Part shown: in pieces, positions 29,842 to 38,423 of the stretch
How the letters are laid out: each line of letters opens with the position of its first letter
Numbering within the stretch: the stretch's first letter is position 1
Assembly (NCBI GenBank): GCA_020631905.1
Contig: JACKGQ010000001.1
Span: forward strand, 613,854 to 677,853
Direction of reading: 5' to 3'
Origin: Candidatus Nomurabacteria bacterium
GTDB taxonomy: Bacteria > Patescibacteriota > Saccharimonadia > Saccharimonadales > VXPC01
DNA length: 64,000 nt
Program-made: the position numbers and the translations under genes
The notes under the pieces: generated by a model
What the model was told of the DNA's origin: nothing
The model's input: the letters and a program-made list of their open reading frames with translations, nothing else
The model's database searches: none

Positions 29842-30111
29842 TTACCCCTTGGCCAACTTTCCACCATGGCTGCGGAACTTACGAGTTGGTGAAAATTCAC
29901 CAAGTTTGTGACCGACCATGTTTTCAGTTACGTGTACCGGCACATGTACTTTGCCGTTATGAACAGCTATCGTCTTGCCAACAAATTCTGGCGAAATTGT
30001 ACTGCTGCGGGCCCAAGTTTTGATGATTGTGCGGTCTTCTTTACCGAGTGCTGCAACTTTCTTAGCTAGCTTCGGATCAATGAATGGACCTTTCTTTAAG
30101 CTTCTACTCAT
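29842..30111 (-). CDS. rpsS: 30S ribosomal protein S19
   Basis: It contains [13 protein letters not shown] and [24 protein letters not shown]. Confidence 0.98.
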   Translation of the reverse strand: MSRSLKKGPFIDPKLAKKVAALGKEDRTIIKTWARSSTISPEFVGKTIAVHNGKVHVPVHVTENMVGHKLGEFSPTRKFRSHGGKLAKG

Positions 30112-30114
30112 GAT

Positions 30115-30951
30115 TTATTTCCTCTTGCCGGCATGTCGGCTTCTTACAATAAACTTATTGGTTACTTTATTTCTAGCTCGAGTCTTGTAGCCAAGTGTCT
30201 TTTGACCCCAAGGAGTTGTCGGGGCTTTATAGCCCTTACCGCGTGCTTCACCACCACCGTGTGGGTGATCTACAGGGTTCATCACGACACCTCGTACTTT
30301 TGGACGTCGGCTCATGTGGCGACTACGTCCTGCCTTACCAAGCTTAACGTTTTGGTGTTGTTCGTTCCCAACAGCCCCAATATGAGCTTGAGCGTCTTCG
30401 TGAACTCGGCGAACTTCGCCGCTAGGTAACTTGACCTGAACATAACCTTCGTCTTTAGCAGCTAGCTGAGCCATAGCACCAGCGCTCCGAACCATCTGTG
30501 CACCGTTACCAGGGATCATTTCAACACTGTAAATAATCGTACCGGTTGGAATGTTTTTGAGTGGTAGGCGGTTTGCTAATTCAATAGGAGCATCTTGACC
30601 AGCACAAACTGTAGCACCTTGCTTTAAGCCTTTTGGCGCAACTATGTAATGGTACTTGCCTGTGCTTTCTTTTAAGCGAGCAATTCTAGCGCTTCTGGTT
30701 GGATCGTATTCGATATGTTCGACTGTGGCTTTAAAGCCTTCTGGTAGATTCCAGTTCATAACACGGTAATGACGCTTAGCACCTCCACCTCGTCTTCGCG
30801 AAGTAATAACGCCACGATTATTGCGTCCGGCTTGTTGTTTGCGTGTAGCAAGCAAGCTCTTAACAGGGCGTTTGGTGGTAATTGCACTCAAGTCTTGAGT
30901 TGTCATACCGCGTTGGCCTGGAGTTACTGGTCGGTGAGTTTTAATAGCCAT
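30115..30951 (-). CDS. rplB: 50S ribosomal protein L2
   Basis: It contains RGVVMNPVDHPHGGGEARGKG and is 278 aa long. Confidence 0.98.
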   Translation of the reverse strand: MAIKTHRPVTPGQRGMTTQDLSAITTKRPVKSLLATRKQQAGRNNRGVITSRRRGGGAKRHYRVMNWNLPEGFKATVEHIEYDPTRSARIARLKESTGKYHYIVAPKGLKQGATVCAGQDAPIELANRLPLKNIPTGTIIYSVEMIPGNGAQMVRSAGAMAQLAAKDEGYVQVKLPSGEVRRVHEDAQAHIGAVGNEQHQNVKLGKAGRSRHMSRRPKVRGVVMNPVDHPHGGGEARGKGYKAPTTPWGQKTLGYKTRARNKVTNKFIVRSRHAGKRK

Positions 30952-31274
30952 TACTGTTCTCCTCCTTCAGACATCATTTCTGCAAAAACAGGGATTTGAT
31001 CGCCATCTTTTAGGGTCACGTAGGCTTTTTTCATATCAGAACGTCGACCACTTAGGTAGCGACCACGTTGTTTGATTCGAATACTGCGCGCTTGTTTACC
31101 GTCTTGGACTAGGGTGCGCACATTAGTAACACTAACACCGTAAACAGCTTCGACAGCTTTTTTAATCTCAATCTTATTTGCACTTACTGGAACAACAAAT
31201 GCATATACATTGTGCTTATCGGCCTGCGTGTAGGCTTTCTCGCTGATTCTTGGAATAAGTTTAATATCGATCAT
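30951..31274 (-). CDS. rplW: 50S ribosomal protein L23
   Basis: It lies between rplD and rplB and contains P.ISEKA....KHNVYAFVV...ANK.EIK.AVE. Confidence 0.94.
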   Translation of the reverse strand: MIDIKLIPRISEKAYTQADKHNVYAFVVPVSANKIEIKKAVEAVYGVSVTNVRTLVQDGKQARSIRIKQRGRYLSGRRSDMKKAYVTLKDGDQIPVFAEMMSEGGEQ

Positions 31275-31276
31275 GA

Positions 31277-31909
31277 TTATTTACCTGCCAATCGTGCTTC
31301 GAGAGCTTCTACAGCTTTGCTAGTTAACACCACTAAGTCTGCGTCGAGTACGCGCCGTACATTCAGGTAGCTACTGGTTAGCAAACTGACATTGGCTAAG
31401 TTGGCTACTGCCCGACCAACAGAGTCGTTCTTGGTAGCATCGACAAGTACAACCGAGCCTTTTGCGCCAAGTTTGTCGACTAGCTTAGCTAGCTCGGCAG
31501 TTTTACCGCTTGTTGGTAAACTCTCGATAACAACTAATTTATTCGAGATGTTTTTTAAGCTTAAAGCTTGACGCATGGCTTCGCTCTTGGCTTTCTTATT
31601 AAGTTTGGTGGTGTAGTTTTCGTTACCCAAAGGGCCAAAAACGATACCACCGCCAGTCCAGATTGGGTTACGTGTCGAGCCAAATCGAGCTCGGCCAGTA
31701 CCTTTCTGGCGCCAAGGCTTGCGGCCACCACCGCGAACTTCACCACGACGAAGTGTTTTAGCTAGATTACGTCGCACGTCTTGGTTAAAGCCTTCGTAGG
31801 CTAGACGGACTAGTTCATGACTATTAACTTCTACATTGAATACGTCTTTATTTAGTTTAGCTGGCGAAGTAGCTTTTGCGCCTGTCTTTGTGTAAGTAGC
31901 TACGCTCAT
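31277..31909 (-). CDS. rplD: 50S ribosomal protein L4
   Basis: It contains [20 protein letters not shown]. Confidence 0.97.
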   Translation of the reverse strand: MSVATYTKTGAKATSPAKLNKDVFNVEVNSHELVRLAYEGFNQDVRRNLAKTLRRGEVRGGGRKPWRQKGTGRARFGSTRNPIWTGGGIVFGPLGNENYTTKLNKKAKSEAMRQALSLKNISNKLVVIESLPTSGKTAELAKLVDKLGAKGSVVLVDATKNDSVGRAVANLANVSLLTSSYLNVRRVLDADLVVLTSKAVEALEARLAGK

Positions 31910-32526
31910 CTTCGGGCCTCCCTAACTACAACTGTGCTTTTATTTGGTCCAGGTACTGCACCTATAACACCGATAACGTTAAGTTCTGTATCAACTAGAG
32001 CTACACGAAGTCTTTCGGTAGTTACGGTAGTCCCACCATATTGTCCGGCCATTTTCTTGCCTTTAAAAATACGTTGTGGGTACATTGATCCAATCGAACC
32101 AACTTTACGTGTGTCGCCCTTACCACCGTGTGTTTTTCGTTGTCGATGGAAGTTGTGGCGTTTAATGGTACCAGCCCAGCCTTTGCCTTTGCTTGTTCCG
32201 GTTACATCCACGATATCACCAACAGCAAAAGAGTCGACTTTGACTTCGTCTCCAACCTTAAGGTCTTCGGGAAGTTCGTCGACTCGGACTTCTTTTAGTT
32301 TTGCAACTGGTTCGATACCAGCTTTTTTATAGTGACCAGCTGCCGCTTTGCCTGTATTCTTGGCTTTTCCAAAACCAAGCTGAATTGCTTGGTAACCATC
32401 TTTTTCAGTGGTTTTAACTTGGACTACCTTGTTAGGGCTAGCGGAAAGCAAAGTCACGGCAACCATCGAGCCGTTGTCATCAACGATCGAGGTCATACCG
32501 AGTTTTGTACCAAATATAGCTTTCAT
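31906..32526 (-). CDS. rplC: 50S ribosomal protein L3
   Basis: Translation MKAIFGTKLGMTSIV starts at the ATG at 32526, with the downstream motif FKGKKMAGQYG. The track's start at 32550 adds 8 non-conserved residues. Confidence 0.94.
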   Translation of the reverse strand: MKAIFGTKLGMTSIVDDNGSMVAVTLLSASPNKVVQVKTTEKDGYQAIQLGFGKAKNTGKAAAGHYKKAGIEPVAKLKEVRVDELPEDLKVGDEVKVDSFAVGDIVDVTGTSKGKGWAGTIKRHNFHRQRKTHGGKGDTRKVGSIGSMYPQRIFKGKKMAGQYGGTTVTTERLRVALVDTELNVIGVIGAVPGPNKSTVVVREARR

Positions 32527-32731
32527 AGCTTTCTCATCACTGTGCCGCATAAAAACATATGCGTGAAACAGTAAGGAGTGTCTCCTTGGATTTAGTTTAT
32601 AAACAGCTGTTTTATATCGCGAGCTTTGGGCATAAAAAGTACTTGGTGTCTGGTGGTTTCATCTGTTATTGTCTAGCAAATGACCTTCCGGCTCACCAAG
32701 CCTTGATGCTTGCTTGATATTTAACTAGTGC

Positions 32732-32760
32732 ATTTTAGCAAAAATGTTAACAGTAGTCAA
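32732..32760 (-). promoter_or_regulatory. sigma70-like promoter for rplC and the downstream S10-operon genes
   Basis: On the minus strand TTGACT (32755-32760) is followed by a 17-nt spacer and TAAAAT (32732-32737). It starts 4 nt after the stop of the 206-aa orphan. Confidence 0.6.
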
Positions 32761-32763
32761 CAC

Positions 32764-33384
32764 CTATGCTGCCATTGGCAAGCCATCTTCTTGGGCTGCT
32801 CGAGAAACACGGAGAACTTCAGCAAACCGAACCCCACGTGCATAGTTTTCTGGCCGAGTTTCATCCGGCATAGTTAATACGCCATAAAGTCTCATTCTTG
32901 GGATGAAATTACGATAATAGCCAAGATCTTTCGCTGTCGCACGTATAGGTTCAAGATGTCTGCTAAAACTTGCCACACTAAGATACTCTAGCTCGGCTTG
33001 ACCCAGTATTGTTAGATCACGCACATGAAGCCGCGCAGGTACATAATTTAAGGCGGTCTCGGCTGTGGCATGAATCGGTGTTAGTAAAGTTCTTGCTTTA
33101 TCCGGTAAAAATTGATTATCAAGCGCAAGCCCAAGCTGTTTATGTTGAGTCCATACTTCACTAACAAATTCTACCTCCGCTACTTCGACTGTAGTAGACA
33201 GTTTTCCGTGCTGGGATTCTTCGATAATCGCTCTGGCAAGTACTTGGGCTAAGTTTTCGGAAACTTTACCTAATGCATCTAAGCTACCACTCCGACATAC
33301 ATTCTCTAGTCTATCCATTAAGGTCTTGAAGCGTGCCATTCTGTCTCTGACCACTTCCATCGCTGGGGTTAAGGTTTCTGCCAT
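32764..33384 (-). CDS. orphan hypothetical protein inserted between rpsJ and rplC
   Basis: The 206-aa ORF is co-oriented with the operon. No motif recognised, and composition looks more GC-rich than the neighbours. Confidence 0.65.
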   Translation of the reverse strand: MAETLTPAMEVVRDRMARFKTLMDRLENVCRSGSLDALGKVSENLAQVLARAIIEESQHGKLSTTVEVAEVEFVSEVWTQHKQLGLALDNQFLPDKARTLLTPIHATAETALNYVPARLHVRDLTILGQAELEYLSVASFSRHLEPIRATAKDLGYYRNFIPRMRLYGVLTMPDETRPENYARGVRFAEVLRVSRAAQEDGLPMAA

Positions 33385-33422
33385 CTTAAAACTCCTTTCC
33401 CACCATGTTTAAATAAAACTTC

Positions 33423-33746
33423 TTACATCTTGATTTCGGCGTCGCAGCCAGCCGGCAACGATAGGTTCATCAAACTATCAATGGTCTTGGGGCTTGGCTC
33501 GGTGATATCGATAAGTCGCTTGTGGACGCGCATTTCGAACTGTTCTCGGCCTTTTTTATAAACATGTGGGCTTTTCACTACGGTGTAAGTAGTTTTACGG
33601 GTAGGTAGTGGCACTGGGCCAACAATTTTTGCCCCAGTACGCAAGGCCGTATCAACGATCTGCTTAGCAGATTGGTCGATTACTTTGTGATCGTATGCTT
33701 TTAAGCGAATTCGAATTCGCTGAGTTGGAACATTGGCCTCGGCCAT
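33423..33746 (-). CDS. rpsJ: 30S ribosomal protein S10
   Basis: Translation [34 protein letters not shown] starts at the ATG at 33746, which has a GAAAGGA Shine-Dalgarno. Confidence 0.96.
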   Translation of the reverse strand: MAEANVPTQRIRIRLKAYDHKVIDQSAKQIVDTALRTGAKIVGPVPLPTRKTTYTVVKSPHVYKKGREQFEMRVHKRLIDITEPSPKTIDSLMNLSLPAGCDAEIKM

Positions 33747-33870
33747 AGTTTTTTTCCTTTCAATAATCTGAGATCTAAGATCCAAGATCTGTTTAGAGTG
33801 TAACATCGTCACGAGCCTATAGAGAGGTTATCGTAAAGACTTTTAGTCACTCTGATTAATAACATATTTT

Positions 33871-33899
33871 ACTATATCTGTTTTTAATGGTTTAGTCAA
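33871..33899 (-). promoter_or_regulatory. sigma70-like promoter for rpsJ
   Basis: On the minus strand TTGACT (33894-33899) is followed by 17 nt and TATAGT (33871-33876). A ~120-nt leader with palindromic AGATCT hairpins follows. Confidence 0.6.
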
Positions 33900-33911
33900 T
33901 CTAGCTGCAGC

Positions 33912-35366
33912 TTAGCCGCGTCGAACTGCACCTAAACCAAGTGATCTTTCCAACTGGGCCATATCACCTCGATAATGAATGTCGACTACAGTTATCGTTT
34001 GCTCTGTATAAGTAAAAGTGACCCGCGTATGTCTAGCGGTTTTTGAGCGTGTCGGGACTCCAACTGCGTCTTGTGGTTTCAGACCGTATACTGGCAACAT
34101 TTTGCCGTCGATTTCAATCGTGTAATGATGTTGTTTTACACCCCTAACCGGCCCATTTGAAAAATCGATTTTTCTCAACCACTCAACAGCTGCAACCAGA
34201 TCTTCGTATAGTAGCCTTGTGCCTCTGTATTGATTCACATAATTTTCGATTAGCTCTTCAAGGCCTAATTTTTCTGAAGCAACCTTAACCTCTCTAAGCG
34301 GACACGGCTCTTGTACATCTTGGCTTTCTGCTTGCTCTGCTTTTAGCTCGTCATTAATTTCGGCGGCCCTAGTCTTTATTTTCAATCTTCGTGGTACTGG
34401 TATGTTTGTGTTGTTACTAAACATGCGCAACGAGTGTCGTTCGTAATGCAATCTCAGCGATTGGATTACTTCTTCAACACTCCGGCCAGTAGATCGAATA
34501 TTGCCAAGTTTTTTACGCCCTTCTTCGATAAAATTACCTAGCCGGTTTAATAGATCATTTCTGTAACTTAGGGCTAATTCTTGAGCTTTTGGGGGCAAGT
34601 TAATCCGACCAGAAGCTACTGCTTCGATTACCATACGCCGATCAACTTCAGCAAACGCCTGTGCGACTCTGACAGCGAACTCGACTTCACTAGCCACTAC
34701 ACCACTATTGGCTTCTTGTTCAATCTGATGAGCTAAGATTTCACAGTCAAATTCGCCCGCTTGATATGCACTAACTATAGCGTCTAAACGATTTGCCTTT
34801 AGCCAAAGTTCTGAGAGTACGAGCCCGGTTACTAACTTCCTCTGCATGGTTTTCTCGGTTGTATTATTTGTTTTATACATCAACAGTTCTACCAGCTGCC
34901 AGTCTGTAACCTTTTCGGCCTCTCTAGCGATCGCCTGCCCAAACTCTCGAGTACTTGCTTCGGGAGTTAAGTCAGAGGCAATTTTAGCCACATAAGCCTC
35001 GGTTGCCTCAGAATCTAGTAGCGGCTCGGTGCCAGTCAACTCCGCTATCGACCTAACTACGTCATACAGAGTTTCTGAAATTGTTGCCTCAAATGCCTGG
35101 CGATCATCTAGTAAGGCGTCTAGTTCGTACAAAGCTGCCGTTATTGCGTCTAGATCTTTTCTGCCGATATCTACATTTGGTGTTGATCGGAGCATGGATT
35201 GAGCATTCGATCGAGAAGTAGCAGATCGTAGGCTGCTTCTAGCGTGTTCTGTCGTACTCTCGTTTTCTGGGAGTAGAATCTTTAGCGAAGGAAACATAGA
35301 TAACATACGTTCCAAAAACGGAGTACGTAAAGGGTCATCAATTATCTCTACTTGCTCAAAAGTCAT
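33912..35366 (-). CDS. orphan 484-aa protein inserted between tuf and rpsJ (helical N-terminal region; C-terminal ~100 aa with a RelE/YoeB-like pattern, speculative)
   Basis: A long uninterrupted ORF sits after the tuf terminator, with an AAGGTG Shine-Dalgarno. The C-terminus ...RHTRVTFTYTEQTITVVDIHYRGD resembles R.x.R[LV]x[YF]....[IV]x[IV]..[IV].HY of RelE/YoeB-type toxins. Confidence 0.7.
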   Translation of the reverse strand: MTFEQVEIIDDPLRTPFLERMLSMFPSLKILLPENESTTEHARSSLRSATSRSNAQSMLRSTPNVDIGRKDLDAITAALYELDALLDDRQAFEATISETLYDVVRSIAELTGTEPLLDSEATEAYVAKIASDLTPEASTREFGQAIAREAEKVTDWQLVELLMYKTNNTTEKTMQRKLVTGLVLSELWLKANRLDAIVSAYQAGEFDCEILAHQIEQEANSGVVASEVEFAVRVAQAFAEVDRRMVIEAVASGRINLPPKAQELALSYRNDLLNRLGNFIEEGRKKLGNIRSTGRSVEEVIQSLRLHYERHSLRMFSNNTNIPVPRRLKIKTRAAEINDELKAEQAESQDVQEPCPLREVKVASEKLGLEELIENYVNQYRGTRLLYEDLVAAVEWLRKIDFSNGPVRGVKQHHYTIEIDGKMLPVYGLKPQDAVGVPTRSKTARHTRVTFTYTEQTITVVDIHYRGDMAQLERSLGLGAVRRG

Positions 35367-35435
35367 ACACCTTAGGATATATTACGACATTTCATCATCC
35401 AAGTCCGATTCCAAAAAATATGTAGTAAATTAAAC

Positions 35436-35461
35436 TAAAAAGAAGCCCGTGAACGAGCTTC
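35436..35461 (-). terminator. intrinsic terminator after tuf
   Basis: On the minus strand the stem is GAAGCTCG-ttca-CGGGCTTC, followed by TTTTT. Confidence 0.75.
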
Positions 35462-35482
35462 CTTTTAGTTGTTAAGAAAGAC

Positions 35483-36667
35483 TTATTTGTCAATCTTGGT
35501 TACCACACCAGCACCTACAGTTCGGCCACCTTCGCGAATAGCGAAATTTAGACCCTGATCCATAGCGATTGGTTGAAGTAACTTAACCTTAAAGGTTACA
35601 GTGTCACCAGGCATAACCATTTCTTTGTCGGCAGGTAGCTCGACTTCGCCAGTTACGTCGGTAGTTCTAAAGTAGAACTGTGGCTTATAACCTTTAAAGA
35701 ATGGTGTGTGACGTCCACCTTCTTCTTTAGTTAAGATGTAGACTTCGGCATCAAACTCGGTATGTGGAGTGATTGAACCTGGTTTGCATAGTACCTGACC
35801 TCGTTCGATATCTTCGCGTTCAACACCTCTTAGAAGTACACCAGCATTGTCGCCAGCCTTACCTTGGTCGAGGTTTTTCTTGAAAGCTTCGATACCGGTT
35901 ACAACTGTTTTCTGAGTTGGTCGAATACCAACAATTTCAACTTCGTCGTTGAGGTTTAGAACACCAGCTTCGATACGACCAGTAGCCACAGTACCACGGC
36001 CTTTAATCGAGAATACGTCTTCGATTGGCATTAGGAATGGCTTGTCTAGGTCGCGTACAGGTTCTGGAATGTAGTCATCCATAGCATGTACAAGCTCCAT
36101 GACTGCGTCCATAGCAGCTTCGTCGCCTTCGACAGCTTTTGTAGCTGAGCCCTTGATGATTGGGCAGTTTTCGTCGAAGTCATACTTAGCTAGCAGCTCA
36201 CGAACGTCCATTTCGACGATTTCTACGAGCTCTGGGTCGGCCAGGTCCATCTTGTTTAGGAAAACAAGAATGCTTGGCACACCAACTTGTTTGGCAAGTA
36301 GCACGTGTTCACGAGTCTGTGGCATAGGGCCATCTGCAGCTGACACAACCAGTACGGCGCCATCAATCTGGGCAGCACCAGTAATCATGTTTTTTACATA
36401 GTCAGCGTGACCAGGCATGTCGACGTGTGCATAGTGGCGCTTTTCGCTCTCGTACTCTTGGTGAGATGTAGCGATGGTTATACCACGAGCTTTTTCTTCT
36501 GGAGCATTGTCGATTTGATCGTATGCAACAGGTTTGTTAACAGCGCTAGGTAGTCGCTTAGAAAGCGTCATTGTGATTGCTGCTGTAAGGGTTGTCTTAC
36601 CATGGTCAACGTGTCCCATAGTACCGACGTTGACGTGAGGCTTAGACCTGTCAAAATTGTCTGCCAT
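35483..36667 (-). CDS. tuf: elongation factor Tu
   Basis: It carries [18 protein letters not shown] and NKMD motifs and is 394 aa long. Confidence 0.99.
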   Translation of the reverse strand: MADNFDRSKPHVNVGTMGHVDHGKTTLTAAITMTLSKRLPSAVNKPVAYDQIDNAPEEKARGITIATSHQEYESEKRHYAHVDMPGHADYVKNMITGAAQIDGAVLVVSAADGPMPQTREHVLLAKQVGVPSILVFLNKMDLADPELVEIVEMDVRELLAKYDFDENCPIIKGSATKAVEGDEAAMDAVMELVHAMDDYIPEPVRDLDKPFLMPIEDVFSIKGRGTVATGRIEAGVLNLNDEVEIVGIRPTQKTVVTGIEAFKKNLDQGKAGDNAGVLLRGVEREDIERGQVLCKPGSITPHTEFDAEVYILTKEEGGRHTPFFKGYKPQFYFRTTDVTGEVELPADKEMVMPGDTVTFKVKLLQPIAMDQGLNFAIREGGRTVGAGVVTKIDK

Positions 36668-36764
36668 TTATTGGTTCCTTTCAAATGGTAGTTAATATTA
36701 TTGTTTCGCGATCCATATTGCACTTGAAGCACAAGAGCAAAGCCCTCACGCGAGTTACCGAAGT

Positions 36765-36793
36765 AGTATACAGAATATTTTTTGCGGCTTCAA
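36765..36793 (-). promoter_or_regulatory. sigma70-like promoter for tuf
   Basis: On the minus strand TTGAAG (36788-36793) is followed by 17 nt and TATACT (36765-36770). Confidence 0.55.
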
Positions 36794-36823
36794 GACCTAA
36801 TCTAGTTGAAATCTGGCAAGACA

Positions 36824-37465
36824 CTATTGAATCGTGAATAAATCAACTTCGAACGACCAGCCATCTCTTTTGCCAGTTAGGTTTACGGCACAATCAGCGC
36901 TCGAAACAGTTATCTTTTCAATGCCTACTGTTGCCGATTGGATCGCCGAACCTCCTAAAGACATCCAACCATGTGGATCTCTTTCTAAAGCTACTGGGTA
37001 GGCCGGAGTACAGCCATTATACTCGAGCACTGTGCCTTCGGTGGCTACTAAAACATCTCTTTGCCAACGTCTTTCATTAGTGTCAGTCACCACCTGTAAC
37101 ATGCCTCTTGCTGCTAGGCTTGTTAACTCAAGGTTCTTAACGAACAATCGATTTAGGGGTATAGCCAAATCGTGTCCTCGTAAATCTCTTTCTAGTGCTA
37201 ATTCTTCGACTAAAGTCGCCAACTCGCTCAGTTTTGATCCAAAGTTTACACCTATACCAATGCCTTCTTTGACTATCTGCCAGTTGATGCCATAGTTTAG
37301 ACTAATATAGCTTATTAGATCATACTGCGACATAGTTATTTGGGCTTCTCTAACTGCTCGAAGCACATTTATAGCCTGAACAGCCGACAAGTAATAGGCA
37401 TCTCCATATAATAACTTACCGTCTTGATCGCAAGCGTAAACTCTTTCTGGTGCAAATTGATTCAT
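36824..37465 (-). CDS. orphan hypothetical protein between fusA and tuf
   Basis: The ORF is 213 aa from the ATG at 37465, which has an AAGAGGT Shine-Dalgarno. The track's 225-aa version starts at 37501. No motif recognised. Confidence 0.65.
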   Translation of the reverse strand: MNQFAPERVYACDQDGKLLYGDAYYLSAVQAINVLRAVREAQITMSQYDLISYISLNYGINWQIVKEGIGIGVNFGSKLSELATLVEELALERDLRGHDLAIPLNRLFVKNLELTSLAARGMLQVVTDTNERRWQRDVLVATEGTVLEYNGCTPAYPVALERDPHGWMSLGGSAIQSATVGIEKITVSSADCAVNLTGKRDGWSFEVDLFTIQ

Positions 37466-37620
37466 CTTTAACCTCTTTCTTTTATGAGGTTCAAAGTGCA
37501 ATCGGGCAAAATCTAGGATGTTTGGACTACTTCAAACCTCTTTGGCAATAACTATTTCGGCTTGGTTTACTAGATCCACACAAAGCTTATCCTTTGTTTA
37601 ACTTACGATTATTTTATCAT

Positions 37621-37658
37621 AAAAAGAAAAAAGCCCCGGATCCTGGTTGGATCGGGGC
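37621..37658 (-). terminator. intrinsic terminator ending the noncoding unit downstream of fusA
   Basis: On the minus strand the stem GCCCCG(A)TCC / GGATC-CGGGGC has 10 bp, one bulge and a 5-nt loop. It is followed by TTTTTTCTTTTT. Confidence 0.8.
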
Positions 37659-38386
37659 ACCAGAGCTGGTATATCCAGTTGGATTTTAAAAGTGAGTTTG
37701 GTCGAGGGCTGCCTACCCCCGACCATCCGGTCTTGAGCTGCAGCTCGCAACGCACCACCGTTCGTCTCTGATTATCCAACGAGCTTGTCGTTTTCCAATT
37801 GTCAACGTTGATGGTTCACTTGCTGAAGTCACACGGTTTCACCAAGTTTTTCCGACCTCGGCTATTCGTCTTCAGACGGGTTCTATCTTGTCCTTCTCAC
37901 GCAATTTGGGTCGTCCGAACAACCACATTCTGCGTGCCGCTTCGCCAGCAGCGGTACGACATATTGCGATCCACACCAGATTCGGATCCAGTGCGGCGCA
38001 GAGGCATGACTACTTCCACGTTTTATACGTGTGCCTGACGGCAAGGTGAGCCCTAACCGAACAACATCTAGCGGCCTCACGCCAGATGCATCATTACACC
38101 AACATTCCGAGACAGACTTACACACCCATCCGTTAGGATGCGATTTTCAGACGGAACTTTTACCTCTGGCTCTAACAAACGAGGAGCAATCCGGACTGGT
38201 CTAGCCCTGGTCACAACTCGCCTGAGAGAACTTTTAGTGTCGGTGCTTGCCAAACACAGTGATGACCTGTCACTGTGCAGAGCGTAAAATGTTCTAGATT
38301 AACAAAATAGACCACTATACGCAATGCACAGTCTGGTTATACTGTGTTGATTGTTAAGTACGTTCAATCAATAAATCGATTGAACA
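37628..38386 (-). ncRNA. candidate large (~760 nt) structured noncoding RNA of unknown class
   Basis: The unit has its own TTGACT-17-TATAAT promoter and a strong terminator. No ORF over 80 aa occurs in any frame despite ~50% GC. Many local hairpins are present (e.g. CACAGTGA-7-TCACTGTG, GGTCGGGGG-7-CCCTCGACC, CACTGGAT-ccga-ATCTGGTG, CATCC-taac-GGATG). Confidence 0.5.
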
Positions 38387-38392
38387 AAAACT

Positions 38393-38421
38393 ATTATACA
38401 CTACCCCCGAGTATTAGTCAA
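38393..38421 (-). promoter_or_regulatory. near-consensus sigma70 promoter immediately after the fusA stop
   Basis: On the minus strand TTGACT (38416-38421) is followed by 17 nt and TATAAT (38393-38398), with TG directly upstream of the -10. Confidence 0.7.
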
Positions 38422-38423
38422 TA

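Noticed and set aside
19119-33812. The ORF track gives longer N-terminal extensions for rplQ, rpsK, rpsE, rpsQ, rplP, rplC, rpsJ, rpoC and tig.
   Set aside because: The extensions overlap the upstream gene, lack a Shine-Dalgarno, and precede the conserved family N-termini. Internal ATGs with a Shine-Dalgarno or TAATG coupling fit better.
37621-38421. I asked whether the fusA-tuf noncoding unit is RNase P RNA, tmRNA, or a group I/II intron.
   Set aside because: Fragments resemble RNase P blocks (CCAGUCCGG, AUAGAACCCGUCUGA, GGUGAAACCGUG). However, they occur in the wrong order, lack the universal GAAAGUCC adenines, and cannot form P4. I found no tRNA-like 3' end or tag ORF for tmRNA, and no GUGYG...domain V (AGC...GNRA...) for a group II intron. 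The length of ~760 nt is also wrong for RNase P or tmRNA.
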